From IMG/VR virus record IMGVR_UViG_3300025034_000027, positions 1 to 48,595 of that record: 48,595 bases of DNA; one strand, 5' to 3'. Every line of letters starts with the position of its first letter. Position 1 is the first letter of the stretch. The position numbers and the translations under genes are program-made. This document shows, one piece after another, positions 28,369-38,111 of the stretch. Source of the DNA: a virus (taxonomy: Duplodnaviria; Caudoviricetes). Below the pieces are notes generated by a model. The model was not told where the DNA came from and ran no database searches. It was given only the letters and a program-made list of their open reading frames with translations.

Positions 28369-30264
28369 ATGTATTTAATAGTAGAATTAACACGCACAGA
28401 GTCAATAACAATTTATGCAGCGCCAGCATTACGTCCTTTTGTTATTGCATATAAGCTATATTATGGTGCAAGTAATTCTGATATAGCAGACTTTTGGACA
28501 ACAACATTTGGTGTTACAGAAGAAGCAAAGTTAAAAACACAAGTAACTGGTGTTGTTTATAATTATGCAATAAATTATTCTCTTAAAGATAATATTAGTG
28601 ACTGCTTAAACGATTTTAGAAGTTTTTATTGGGCTTCAGAAAATCAAGAATTAACTATAAGATATGGTATGCTTGAAGAATCTACATGGCAAACGCCTAA
28701 TATGCAGTATGGAATAGCTATTGGTCTTACAAAGGATAAAGTAAGATATTTTGAAGATAGAGAATATTTGCCTCTAATAAGTAGTCTTGAGCCAGTGGCA
28801 TATGATATAGATAAGTTTAATTATGATAAGCTTAACTTCGCAATGAGTACACTTATACTTAATAATTTAAGTGGTCATTTTAATCAGTTTAAAGATACCC
28901 CAATATATGGTAACTTAGTTACTGTAAAAACTGGTGAAGAAGGTGATACATATTCTGAGCTTATTTTAAGACGCGCATACTATATAGAAGACTATGACTT
29001 TAGTGCACAAACATTAACTATAGATATTCAAGATAGTAGAAAAGCATTATCAACACAAGTACCAACAAAATATTTTGATGTTGCAGATTATCCTAATATT
29101 GGTGACTCTGCTGTTGGTGAAGCAATACCTTTTGGATATGGTCAATTAAGAGAAGTTCCTGGTAAGTGTATAAATGAAAATGCAGTAAATGCTACAGTAA
29201 ATCCGATATTCATATTTGTTGAAATACTCTCAAGTGCAACAGTTACTGTTGAAGTTAAAATTGCTGATGTTTGGACAGTGCAAACATCAGGTGTCACTGT
29301 TGATATAAATACTGGACAAGTGACAGTCGTTGGTGCACGTGCAGGTTCTTCACCAAACTTTACTGTGAGACCTACTCGTGCTGAAGTAGTTGGCATTGCA
29401 AATACATATGCTAGTGATATTATTAAAGATATGAATGATAGATTTCTTGGTATACCTTATGATACTTCTAATTATAATCAAACTGAATGGGAAGCAGAAG
29501 AAGTTTATCTTGAACCAATAGGCTTGTATATTGATAAAGTTGACTATGTATATAACTATATAAGAAATCTTCAAGCTGCATCTTCAGTAGGCTTTAGATA
29601 CGATACAATACAAGGTAAGCGAACAATAATTATTGACAATCCAAACAAGGATGTTACAGTAGATATACTTCCGCCGGATATTTTTAATATTACAAATGTT
29701 GTTGCAGATTCTAATAAAGCTGATATGTACAATAAAGTAATTATTGGTTATAATCAAGCAATAGAAAGCAAAACAGCATTAAGAAAAGAAAATTCAGATT
29801 ACTATAGTATATCTTTTAGTAATTATAAAATTGTTAGTATTTATGATGTTATAACTGGACTAAATAGTGAGCTTGCTGCTACAAACAGAGCAAGTATTCA
29901 GGCAGAAGATTTGCACTTAATAAGAAGAGTTTTTAATTTGCGTGTTTATGGCGATAAGTTTTTAGACTTAAAATTATTAGATATAGTGAATGCAACAATA
30001 GATATTAAAAAATTTAATATAGAAACTATTACTACATTACAAGGTGTCTTAAATTCACAAGATGTAGTAGAAGGTATTTATAATAGTTTAGAAGTAATAG
30101 AAGGTATGCTTTCGTCAGTAATAATTACTGACGAATCTGCAAATCTTTTTGGTACTATTCGTGGACAAGTTATAGCTGTAAAGCCAGACTATGACTTAAA
30201 AATAAATGATATTAAAATAAGGGAAAGACCTTATAGTCAAGTCTGGGAGGACATTTATGGTTGA
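28369..30264 (+). CDS. baseplate hub/central tail protein
   Basis: 631 aa; GEAIPFGYG motif; position. Confidence 0.6.
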   Translation: MYLIVELTRTESITIYAAPALRPFVIAYKLYYGASNSDIADFWTTTFGVTEEAKLKTQVTGVVYNYAINYSLKDNISDCLNDFRSFYWASENQELTIRYGMLEESTWQTPNMQYGIAIGLTKDKVRYFEDREYLPLISSLEPVAYDIDKFNYDKLNFAMSTLILNNLSGHFNQFKDTPIYGNLVTVKTGEEGDTYSELILRRAYYIEDYDFSAQTLTIDIQDSRKALSTQVPTKYFDVADYPNIGDSAVGEAIPFGYGQLREVPGKCINENAVNATVNPIFIFVEILSSATVTVEVKIADVWTVQTSGVTVDINTGQVTVVGARAGSSPNFTVRPTRAEVVGIANTYASDIIKDMNDRFLGIPYDTSNYNQTEWEAEEVYLEPIGLYIDKVDYVYNYIRNLQAASSVGFRYDTIQGKRTIIIDNPNKDVTVDILPPDIFNITNVVADSNKADMYNKVIIGYNQAIESKTALRKENSDYYSISFSNYKIVSIYDVITGLNSELAATNRASIQAEDLHLIRRVFNLRVYGDKFLDLKLLDIVNATIDIKKFNIETITTLQGVLNSQDVVEGIYNSLEVIEGMLSSVIITDESANLFGTIRGQVIAVKPDYDLKINDIKIRERPYSQVWEDIYG

Positions 30265-33200
30265 GCAGAGAGTCATTAAATTATACACTGATACAGATGC
30301 TAATTTATCTACATTAAATCCAGTACTTGCCAAAGGTCAAGAAGTTGTTGTTACTGATTTATCTGATGCGAATAGAATATATAGAAAAATAGGCGACGGT
30401 ATAAGAGCATATAATAGTATTGAGTTTGAACACTTTTTAAATAATTATGATAGTTCACTTAATTATGCCGAAAATGATATCATCCAATCTGCGGGGCAAT
30501 TTTTTATATCCTTAGCTGATGATAATCAAGGAAATGCAATCCCGGATGCTTCGACTTCGCCTCCTTACACCAATGCTTGGTGGAAGATACTTGAGCTCGG
30601 GGGGAGTGTAGCGCCGTTTTTTACCTTAGGGGAAACGGTGAGTCAGAGGGATGTTTTGTACCTCTCGACCGATGGAAAGGCGTATATTGCCTCGAATACC
30701 GACTACGACCACAAGAATGTCATTGGGTTTGCCGTGACGAGTGGAGATGCGGATGATGAGATAAAAGTTCTTAAAGTTGGGAGCTTGATTGGGTTTAGTG
30801 GGTTAGTTGCTGGTAAAGCTTATTACCTGGGTGTTGATGGTGGGGTAGTACTTAAAGAAACTGTTATTAAAACCTCCTTTTTAATCAATCTTGGTATTGC
30901 CACAAGCACTACAGAATTAGATGTTAAAGTTGGTATTTTGGAACATTCTCAGCCTACGCCAAATCTTTGGAGTGGGTTAAAAGGTGCATGGCCTTTTGAT
31001 GAAGGACAAGGTTTAGTTGTTAAAGATATTTCAGGTGGGGATAATGACGGGGTGCTCTCGGGCTTTGGCCCGGTTGCGGAGTATCACTTTGATGGAGACT
31101 TAAGTGACGAGCAGGGCGGGGCGGATCTAACCATTGCGCCGGGGACGGCAACTTATGAAACGGGGGTTGTTGGGCAGGGTGCTGGTGGTGGAAGTTTTGA
31201 AGCTACCGGGATAACTCCAGGGCTTACGGGGAGTGTTAGTTTTTGGGCTAATGTAAATGATGGAGGCGTGACGACATCTTTATATATGTTTGATAATTTA
31301 GACGCAAGCACTGATAATGTTTTTCTACGAACAGGTCTTAATAAATTTGAAGGGTATTTACGAGATGTGACTGATGGACATTATTATAGCTTTTTAAGTG
31401 TTCCAATTATAGAAGACGAATTTGTCCATTTTGTTATTACTTGGGATAACGGGACAGTAAAAAGTTATGTTAACAATGTTTTCAGTGGAACTGCTGATGC
31501 TATAACCACCGGATGGTATCCTGCGGACCAGGATTTTCTTCTTGGTGTAAATTATAACAGCACAGGCCAAGTAAACGACGACTTCCGCATCTACGACTAC
31601 GCTCTCTCCGAAGACGAAATATCCGCACTTTACAACCGTCCTCAAGAGCCCTCTCATTGGGTTGATGGGGTGAGCGGGAAGGCTTTGGCGTTTAATGGGG
31701 TGGGCAGTTTAGTAACGATTCCGAGCGGATTACCTCCGGGGGATATTACTGTTTCGTTGTGGCTGAAGGCGAGTAAGGTTGGACGGAGGTTTATATGGTG
31801 CCAGTTTATTGGTTCAAACTTACAAAGATATTTTGCCTTTGCAATAAATGATAATATTGTATTTGCATCAAGAAGAGCAGACGGAACAACACATATCGCA
31901 TCACAAATTCCAGCCGCATCATGGACAGAAAACACGCTTATACACGTGGTCGGTGTTCAGGACGGATTAACAACTAAAATATACTTGAATGGTACTTTAA
32001 TTGATAGTGATACCCATGCCGATATTTACACCTCATTTGATGATGATGGTTTTTTTGGAGGATTGTCCGATTCTTTATGGTATGACGGAACTATAGACGA
32101 ACCAATGATTTATAACAGGGCTTTATCGGACCAAGAGATTCAAGCTCTTTATCAGAACCCAGCTCTACCACAAAAATCACTGATTACTTTAAATCAGATT
32201 GATCAAAGTGCAATTGACGCTTTGAAGTTCGCTTATGAAACAAGTCTTGTTGGGTCTTTGCATCGGTTTCCGACATACAAGAACCGCCCGGGGTACTTGC
32301 CTTTTGCTTTTGATAATGCCATCTCTCAAGCGAACTACCCAGAACTTTATGCGGAGGTTGGGGACCTGTACGAGGCTATGCACGTTGCGGCTGGGGATGA
32401 TGCGAGTGGAGCGGGGATGTTTTATCCGACTCCTGTGCCGGGGTATTATAGTAGGACTGGGTTGCCTGATTTGAGCTATGCCTCGACGGATAGGTCAAGT
32501 AATGCCCTCATAAACGTAACCCACCACATAAGCCGGAATGGAACTCCAATCAAGATTATTGGTGATGATGTTCCGGCCCCGCTTGTTTCTGGGACTGTTT
32601 ATTATGTTGTCGTCAACAGTGCAACTTCTATAAGTTTCGCTACAACAGAAACCAATGCCATAGCTGGGACGGTTATTACTCTCACTGATGCTGGCTCCGG
32701 CACCTTCCGCCTCACTCAAGAAGGGGTACAGGTTGATGATGCGTTTCAGGGGCATTGGCACGATTTTTATTTTCACACAGGCCCGTCAGAGGGCGGATCA
32801 GCTTATAATAATATAGCCAGTACAACGGCTGATAGTCATGGACCTGGAAAATACAATGTAAGAATACCCATAACAGACGGCGTAAACGGCACCCCCCGCA
32901 CCTCCAACGAAACCCGCCCGGTTACCACGTATGAGTTTGGGTATATAAAGAGTGAGATGATCACGCCTGCCGGGGAGCCGGTGAGTGCTTTGAGGTATGA
33001 CACGGGATGGGTGGCGAATAGTGATTGGTCTAACTTTATAGTTGATATTGTACATAATCTGAATGCAAATATGTCAGATTTGATGGTCAAGGTTTTGTTA
33101 AGCACGGATGGGACAGATGCAAATAGCTTTACTGTTGATACTGGTATGTATAATGCATACACAGCAGGTGCTGACCGTGCCATGGGCTACACACTTTATC

Positions 33201-33976
33201 AAACAGATTTAAATACAATCAATCTTCAAGGAGGTGCTAATTATTTTGTACGACTTTTTAAAGGTACAGGAACCGGAATACCAATAGCCTCTAATCCTTA
33301 TTATTACAAAGTAGTAGTAACCAAACCAAATCTAATCTCCACAGTGAGTGTACCCCCAGTACGAAGCGTCACCTCTAACTACACCCTTGCCGCTCAAGAT
33401 TCAGAGATTATCGAAGTCACCACAGGGGCAAGTGATGTGACTATAACCCTCCCGGACCTTGCCACGAGCCGGGGGAAGGTGAAGAGGATTTACAAAGTCG
33501 ATGACGGCGCCGGGCAGGTGATTATTGCGAGGGCGGGCAGTGATACGATAACCAGAGCGGGGTTGACTCAAGTGACGCTTACCTCCAAGGGGGACTTCTG
33601 GGGACTCCGGGCACTTACGGGGAAATGGGAGTTGTTTGAGGGGTTTGAAAGTGGGAGTTTATCTGCCGGAACGCAATTTATAAAGCACTACAACTCCAAG
33701 ATGGAGCAAAGAAAATTGAGCGTGCTTTCTGGATTGTCACCAAACTTGTTGAATGGTGTGTATTATGTAAATTTTACATTTACATATGACATTTCTTTCA
33801 TTAGGGTTGACACTGTCGATGGAGCATTTAGGGTTGCATTTGCTGTATCGTGGATCGGATATTCGTCGGTAATTAATTCAACGGGGGTTTTGACTTCTTT
33901 TGATTTTAGGGGGATCTGTTCATCAAGTTTCTTAGCTGCAGAATATTTAGTTAGTATTGCTGGATCATGGTATTAA
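30257..33976 (+). CDS. tail fibre/receptor-binding protein with two LamG domains and a tail-collar domain
   Basis: WPFDEGQG; FRIYDYALSEDEISALY; PMIYNRALSDQEIQALY; ISQANYPELYAEVG; DAFQGHWH..TPRTSNETRP. Confidence 0.85.
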   Translation: MVEQRVIKLYTDTDANLSTLNPVLAKGQEVVVTDLSDANRIYRKIGDGIRAYNSIEFEHFLNNYDSSLNYAENDIIQSAGQFFISLADDNQGNAIPDASTSPPYTNAWWKILELGGSVAPFFTLGETVSQRDVLYLSTDGKAYIASNTDYDHKNVIGFAVTSGDADDEIKVLKVGSLIGFSGLVAGKAYYLGVDGGVVLKETVIKTSFLINLGIATSTTELDVKVGILEHSQPTPNLWSGLKGAWPFDEGQGLVVKDISGGDNDGVLSGFGPVAEYHFDGDLSDEQGGADLTIAPGTATYETGVVGQGAGGGSFEATGITPGLTGSVSFWANVNDGGVTTSLYMFDNLDASTDNVFLRTGLNKFEGYLRDVTDGHYYSFLSVPIIEDEFVHFVITWDNGTVKSYVNNVFSGTADAITTGWYPADQDFLLGVNYNSTGQVNDDFRIYDYALSEDEISALYNRPQEPSHWVDGVSGKALAFNGVGSLVTIPSGLPPGDITVSLWLKASKVGRRFIWCQFIGSNLQRYFAFAINDNIVFASRRADGTTHIASQIPAASWTENTLIHVVGVQDGLTTKIYLNGTLIDSDTHADIYTSFDDDGFFGGLSDSLWYDGTIDEPMIYNRALSDQEIQALYQNPALPQKSLITLNQIDQSAIDALKFAYETSLVGSLHRFPTYKNRPGYLPFAFDNAISQANYPELYAEVGDLYEAMHVAAGDDASGAGMFYPTPVPGYYSRTGLPDLSYASTDRSSNALINVTHHISRNGTPIKIIGDDVPAPLVSGTVYYVVVNSATSISFATTETNAIAGTVITLTDAGSGTFRLTQEGVQVDDAFQGHWHDFYFHTGPSEGGSAYNNIASTTADSHGPGKYNVRIPITDGVNGTPRTSNETRPVTTYEFGYIKSEMITPAGEPVSALRYDTGWVANSDWSNFIVDIVHNLNANMSDLMVKVLLSTDGTDANSFTVDTGMYNAYTAGADRAMGYTLYQTDLNTINLQGGANYFVRLFKGTGTGIPIASNPYYYKVVVTKPNLISTVSVPPVRSVTSNYTLAAQDSEIIEVTTGASDVTITLPDLATSRGKVKRIYKVDDGAGQVIIARAGSDTITRAGLTQVTLTSKGDFWGLRALTGKWELFEGFESGSLSAGTQFIKHYNSKMEQRKLSVLSGLSPNLLNGVYYVNFTFTYDISFIRVDTVDGAFRVAFAVSWIGYSSVINSTGVLTSFDFRGICSSSFLAAEYLVSIAGSWY

Positions 33977-33977
33977 A

Positions 33978-34580
33978 ATGAAAGACTACAGATGGACAGT
34001 GAGCGGGCCATGGGCTTTAGGGTGTAAGGAGACGGAGACGGAGTGGAAGATGGAGGTTGAGGGGGATGTATGCTATGTTGCTTTTAAGGGGAGCACCTCT
34101 CTGATGGACTGGAAGCAGAACTTTAGTATTTTACCAAAACTTATAAGGCCGTACAAATCAAGTGAATTTCGTTGGTATGTAAGTAGTGGTATTTTTGATA
34201 AGTTTAATTCTGTTGCTTTTGATATTAAAAAGCTTATTGATGATTTAAAACCAAAACGAATTGAAGTATATGGCTTTTCACAAGGAGGAGCCGTAGCTAA
34301 ACTTTGTTGTGAATGGTTATGGTTCAATTATAAAGATATAGCAATAGAAGTGCATACATATAATGCACAAAAAGTTATTTGGTTTTGGAACAAGCATAAA
34401 TTAAACAACAGATTTGAAAAGCTTAACTGTCATATTATACGTCGCGATATTGTTTGGCGTGTTCCATTTTGGTGGCTGTTGTACTTAAATGTAGGTAAGC
34501 TTATTAAATATGGTAAATTTGGAATTTCTTTTCCATGGAACTGGAAAAAAACACACATGAGCTTTAAGGAGTATGTATGA
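33978..34580 (+). CDS. class 3 lipase-like alpha/beta hydrolase
   Basis: VAFKGSTSLMDWKQN, nucleophile elbow YGFSQGG, DIVWRVP, C-terminal His; ATG 33978 directly after fibre stop. Confidence 0.8.
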   Translation: MKDYRWTVSGPWALGCKETETEWKMEVEGDVCYVAFKGSTSLMDWKQNFSILPKLIRPYKSSEFRWYVSSGIFDKFNSVAFDIKKLIDDLKPKRIEVYGFSQGGAVAKLCCEWLWFNYKDIAIEVHTYNAQKVIWFWNKHKLNNRFEKLNCHIIRRDIVWRVPFWWLLYLNVGKLIKYGKFGISFPWNWKKTHMSFKEYV

Positions 34581-35233
34581 CTTTTCTTAGCATCTTGACA
34601 TTCATCAAAGATATTGACCCAATTAGTGCAGTACTGTTAATACTTATTTTACTAATAAGTATTTGGCAGGGATGGATAACAGTACAAGGAATAAATATTA
34701 AAAAGAAAGCTAAAGCTGTTACACCATTACAATGTCTTTATGGTAGAGCAGGTGCTTGTACATTAACTCGTTTACAAATGGAATATGCCGAGTCTGCCAT
34801 AAGTGAAATGAAAGCAAATTCTTATTCTGGTTACTTAAAAATTAGAAAAGAAAAATTAGGTGGTAAAGCTGAATTAGCAAAAGATAGAGATGCGCATCAT
34901 TATAATGCTGTTTTATATCAAGTTTGGGATTATGTAAAAGATATGATGCGTTATTTCTTTAGAGAAAATCATCTTGCAGATATGACGCCTTCTGAATTTG
35001 AATTGCATGCACAAAAAAGAGTTGATACTATAATGACAAGTCTTACAGAGCGCTTAACATTACTGTATTATCCGGATAGCAATCCAGACAGAATAGAATT
35101 ATATGATTATAATATGCAGTATATTGTGCCAAGCATAAAAATTATGCTTAAAGATATTTTTGTAGAAGGTCGAAAATTAGCCTTACAATTTGTTGATGGT
35201 AGTCTTGATAAACATATGGAGCGTAAGGTATGA
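34577..35233 (+). CDS. membrane-anchored protein (holin/antiholin-like position)
   Basis: N-terminal TM helix plus large soluble domain, directly before the putative lysin. Confidence 0.5.
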   Translation: MTFLSILTFIKDIDPISAVLLILILLISIWQGWITVQGINIKKKAKAVTPLQCLYGRAGACTLTRLQMEYAESAISEMKANSYSGYLKIRKEKLGGKAELAKDRDAHHYNAVLYQVWDYVKDMMRYFFRENHLADMTPSEFELHAQKRVDTIMTSLTERLTLLYYPDSNPDRIELYDYNMQYIVPSIKIMLKDIFVEGRKLALQFVDGSLDKHMERKV

Positions 35234-35736
35234 GAATATTATTTTCGGTACATAGGCAAGAATTAAAAATTATACATAGTAATAGTAACTGGACATGCGA
35301 GGCATCTTCAATTGTACGTAATGAGTTAAATGGCTGGAGACCAAATATTAAAAAGATACCTTCTGCTGAAGTTGTTCATATGATAACAATTGATAATATA
35401 GAATCTAATATACCTGTTATGCCAAGACATTTTCCAATTGGCTTATGGAATGTAACTGGCGTACAGTATCGTAATGACAAGTGGCGCGCGCCATTGATTA
35501 TAACAACTGATGCTTATCAAGTATTGGACCAATGGGATTTGAAAGCTAATGGCGGTTATGCAAATATAACTAATTATAAAGTTAATGATTATCAATATCA
35601 TTTGCATTTTTCGCAATCAAATACTACACAAGGTTGTATTAAAATACACACCCTTATAGACGTCTATAGATTAGCTGCAGAAAGCCTTATGGCTTTAGCA
35701 AATAAAGAAAAAGTATTATTGGAGGTAATATCATGA
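35230..35736 (+). CDS. YkuD/L,D-transpeptidase-fold enzyme, putative endolysin
   Basis: FPIGLWNV..YHLHFSQSNTTQGCIKI resembles the H..[ST]xGC[IV][RK] catalytic motif. Confidence 0.6.
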   Translation: MRILFSVHRQELKIIHSNSNWTCEASSIVRNELNGWRPNIKKIPSAEVVHMITIDNIESNIPVMPRHFPIGLWNVTGVQYRNDKWRAPLIITTDAYQVLDQWDLKANGGYANITNYKVNDYQYHLHFSQSNTTQGCIKIHTLIDVYRLAAESLMALANKEKVLLEVIS

Positions 35737-35978
35737 AGATGAGTTTTGGAAGGAAATTCTGGGCAATGGTCATTGCATTATTGTTAATGACTGGTATTCT
35801 TTTAATTGGAATGCTTGCTGTTAATCCTACACCTGTTGATGGTTCAGTATTGTTTATATACTGTATTATGGTAGTGACAGTGACATTTATGTATGTTGGT
35901 GGCAATGTTTGGAATGCTTGGATAAAAAGCAAGTATTTCCATTCTGAATTGGCAGTAAAAAATGAAAGTAAAATATAA
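35733..35978 (+). CDS. putative holin (2 TM)
   Basis: GRKFW + TM + TM + YVGGNV; MKM possible dual start; GGAGG RBS. Confidence 0.65.
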   Translation: MKMSFGRKFWAMVIALLLMTGILLIGMLAVNPTPVDGSVLFIYCIMVVTVTFMYVGGNVWNAWIKSKYFHSELAVKNESKI

Positions 35979-36294
35979 GCTAGCTTTCATTGGCCTCTCA
36001 ATATTATTGGGAGGCTTATTTATTTTAGGCCTTGTTATAGGAGTAAAACGTGAAAAGAATAAGCATAATAATAATGCTAGTAATGTCAATATTGATGGTC
36101 CAAGCACAAACAATGGAACAGCAGATAGTATTGAACATTCTGCAAAACTTAGAGAACTCCATCAACAGTATATCGACAACAGTAGACAGCTTCGTAGTGA
36201 CAACGAACGAACGACTGACGTCCTTAGAGAACAATGTGGAACAGCAATCAGTTACATTGAACAGTTACGAGCAGTCTATAAAACTAATAGCTGA
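35962..36294 (+). CDS. i-spanin-like protein
   Basis: N-terminal TM then coiled coil. Confidence 0.5.
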   Translation: MKVKYKLAFIGLSILLGGLFILGLVIGVKREKNKHNNNASNVNIDGPSTNNGTADSIEHSAKLRELHQQYIDNSRQLRSDNERTTDVLREQCGTAISYIEQLRAVYKTNS

Positions 36295-36433
36295 TAATAG
36301 AACTAGCGACAATCAATACTATAATTCTAAATTAAACTCAATGAGAAAAGAATATATTGGTTTATGTATTGCAATAGGTGTGGTAGAGCTTATTTTAATT
36401 GGTATGACGTCTGTAATAATTGGAGGTAAATAA
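36050..36433 (+). CDS. overlapping spanin-like protein (signal peptide, coiled coil, C-terminal TM)
   Basis: GTG with AGGAG RBS inside previous gene; stop coupled to next ATG (TAATG). Confidence 0.6.
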   Translation: MKRISIIIMLVMSILMVQAQTMEQQIVLNILQNLENSINSISTTVDSFVVTTNERLTSLENNVEQQSVTLNSYEQSIKLIADNRTSDNQYYNSKLNSMRKEYIGLCIAIGVVELILIGMTSVIIGGK

Positions 36434-36735
36434 TGGCAAATCCAGTTGTTATTTCAATTCCTGAGTGGACATGGACAAAGATCGCAGAAAATGTTGTTAC
36501 TGGTATTATTGATATGCTTGATTCAAGTATGCAATATTATCAGACATATCGTGTTACTGGTGAAGCTGCACCGACAGCACCAAGTAATTTAGTTATACCA
36601 ACAGAAGCTGTACGCATGTTTCAACAAAGTAATAGTGAAGGTATATCTGCAATTACTGGCATTGATGTTTATGTACTTGCATTAAACACTGATGATGACG
36701 CTGTAGATGTTGGTAAAATAAGGGTGAGCATATGA
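36433..36735 (+). CDS. hypothetical (possible virion) protein
   Basis: GGAGG RBS, beta-rich. Confidence 0.6.
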   Translation: MANPVVISIPEWTWTKIAENVVTGIIDMLDSSMQYYQTYRVTGEAAPTAPSNLVIPTEAVRMFQQSNSEGISAITGIDVYVLALNTDDDAVDVGKIRVSI

Positions 36736-37337
36736 TTGGTCATGGTCCTAAAGAAGGTTTGTCTATTGGTCGTTTTGGCGATACAAGATGGGATGATTTA
36801 GCCGGCAGTCTAATTGCTGCACGTTTAGATATTGCATCTGGCCGTTTACATTATGATTATTTTAATGGTGGCGTTATAATGGATAGCAATGCACGTTATC
36901 CAGATGAACCTATTGTTATGGCATTACAATTTAAGCATGCAATGAGATATGGTGCAGGAGCAGTATTAAGACCACATCTACATTGGTTGCAACAGCAAAG
37001 TGCTATGCCAAACTTTTTAATAGGCTACAAGAAAGTAGCACAAGGTGCAGCGACTACATTTGAAGTAGACTTTTCAAATTTTACACTACTTCATATACCA
37101 ACAAATGTATTTACTTATACAAGTGGTACACTTGTTCAGATAACAAAGTTTGCTGAAATTGATGCTTCAGACTTAAATTTATCTTCACAAGTTACATTTG
37201 TTCTATTTAGAGATACAGCCAATGTCAGTGGTTTATTCAGTGGTGTTGACCCAGTAGCTGCTGATGTTACTGTATTATACCAAGACCAGCATGTACTATT
37301 AGATAGTACAGGAAGTAGTCAGGAGTATGCAAAATGA
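36732..37337 (+). CDS. hypothetical (possible virion) protein
   Basis: RWDDL..QFKHAM..PHLHW beta-sandwich-like pattern. Confidence 0.6.
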   Translation: MIGHGPKEGLSIGRFGDTRWDDLAGSLIAARLDIASGRLHYDYFNGGVIMDSNARYPDEPIVMALQFKHAMRYGAGAVLRPHLHWLQQQSAMPNFLIGYKKVAQGAATTFEVDFSNFTLLHIPTNVFTYTSGTLVQITKFAEIDASDLNLSSQVTFVLFRDTANVSGLFSGVDPVAADVTVLYQDQHVLLDSTGSSQEYAK

Positions 37338-38110
37338 TTGGTAATGGCTTGCCTAAAGAATATGATGTTAATGTACAGTCACAAACAAGTAATTTTTATA
37401 AGTATTACTTAATACAAGAACTTAAGACTGACATAATGCTTACTTCTGATATAGCCGTTGACGATACAGTTATAAATGTTACAGCAGGGCATGGTTTTAC
37501 AGGTGTGGGTTGTGAATGTTTAGTTTTACGTGATGGTGATAGCGTAGCACAATTAGTTGTTAAAAGTGTCAATGTAAATGCAATAACTGTACATATGCCA
37601 ATTGCTGATGCTTATTCAATATTAACAACAAAAGTTATTCGTGGTACAGCAGATATGAATGTAGATGGCTCTGTGACACCTATTGAATTTAAGTATTCAA
37701 GTCATGGTGATACACGTGCAATAATACCATTAGATATAAGTGAAATATCTATTGTTATGCAGCACGGAACAAATGTTCCTGATGATTCAAGATTTGGTGG
37801 TTTAGTTGAATTAACAAACGGTTTATATATAAGAAAACAAGATGACATAAAAATGAATATTGGTAACTTTAAATGCAATCAAGATTTTAGAGATACAGGT
37901 ATGATTATTACTTATTCTGATAAGGCACCTTCTGGAGCATATGCCACTAATATACTTTTTAATATTGAGAATGTCACTGGCCAAGTTATTCGCTTAGACC
38001 CAAGAAATAATGATGAATTAGTCGCATATGTACGTGATGATTTAAGTCTTTTGGCTGGTATGACAAGACTACGCATATGCTTTGTTTACTCGTTAACAAT
38101 TGGCGAATAA
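37334..38110 (+). CDS. hypothetical (possible virion) protein
   Basis: DMNVDGSVTPIEF..FGGLVELTNGL pattern; last gene of the late arm. Confidence 0.6.
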   Translation: MIGNGLPKEYDVNVQSQTSNFYKYYLIQELKTDIMLTSDIAVDDTVINVTAGHGFTGVGCECLVLRDGDSVAQLVVKSVNVNAITVHMPIADAYSILTTKVIRGTADMNVDGSVTPIEFKYSSHGDTRAIIPLDISEISIVMQHGTNVPDDSRFGGLVELTNGLYIRKQDDIKMNIGNFKCNQDFRDTGMIITYSDKAPSGAYATNILFNIENVTGQVIRLDPRNNDELVAYVRDDLSLLAGMTRLRICFVYSLTIGE

Positions 38111-38111
38111 T

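Noticed and set aside
30257-33976. Diversity-generating retroelement targeting the tail fibre
   Set aside because: No reverse transcriptase and no template/variable repeat pair noticed
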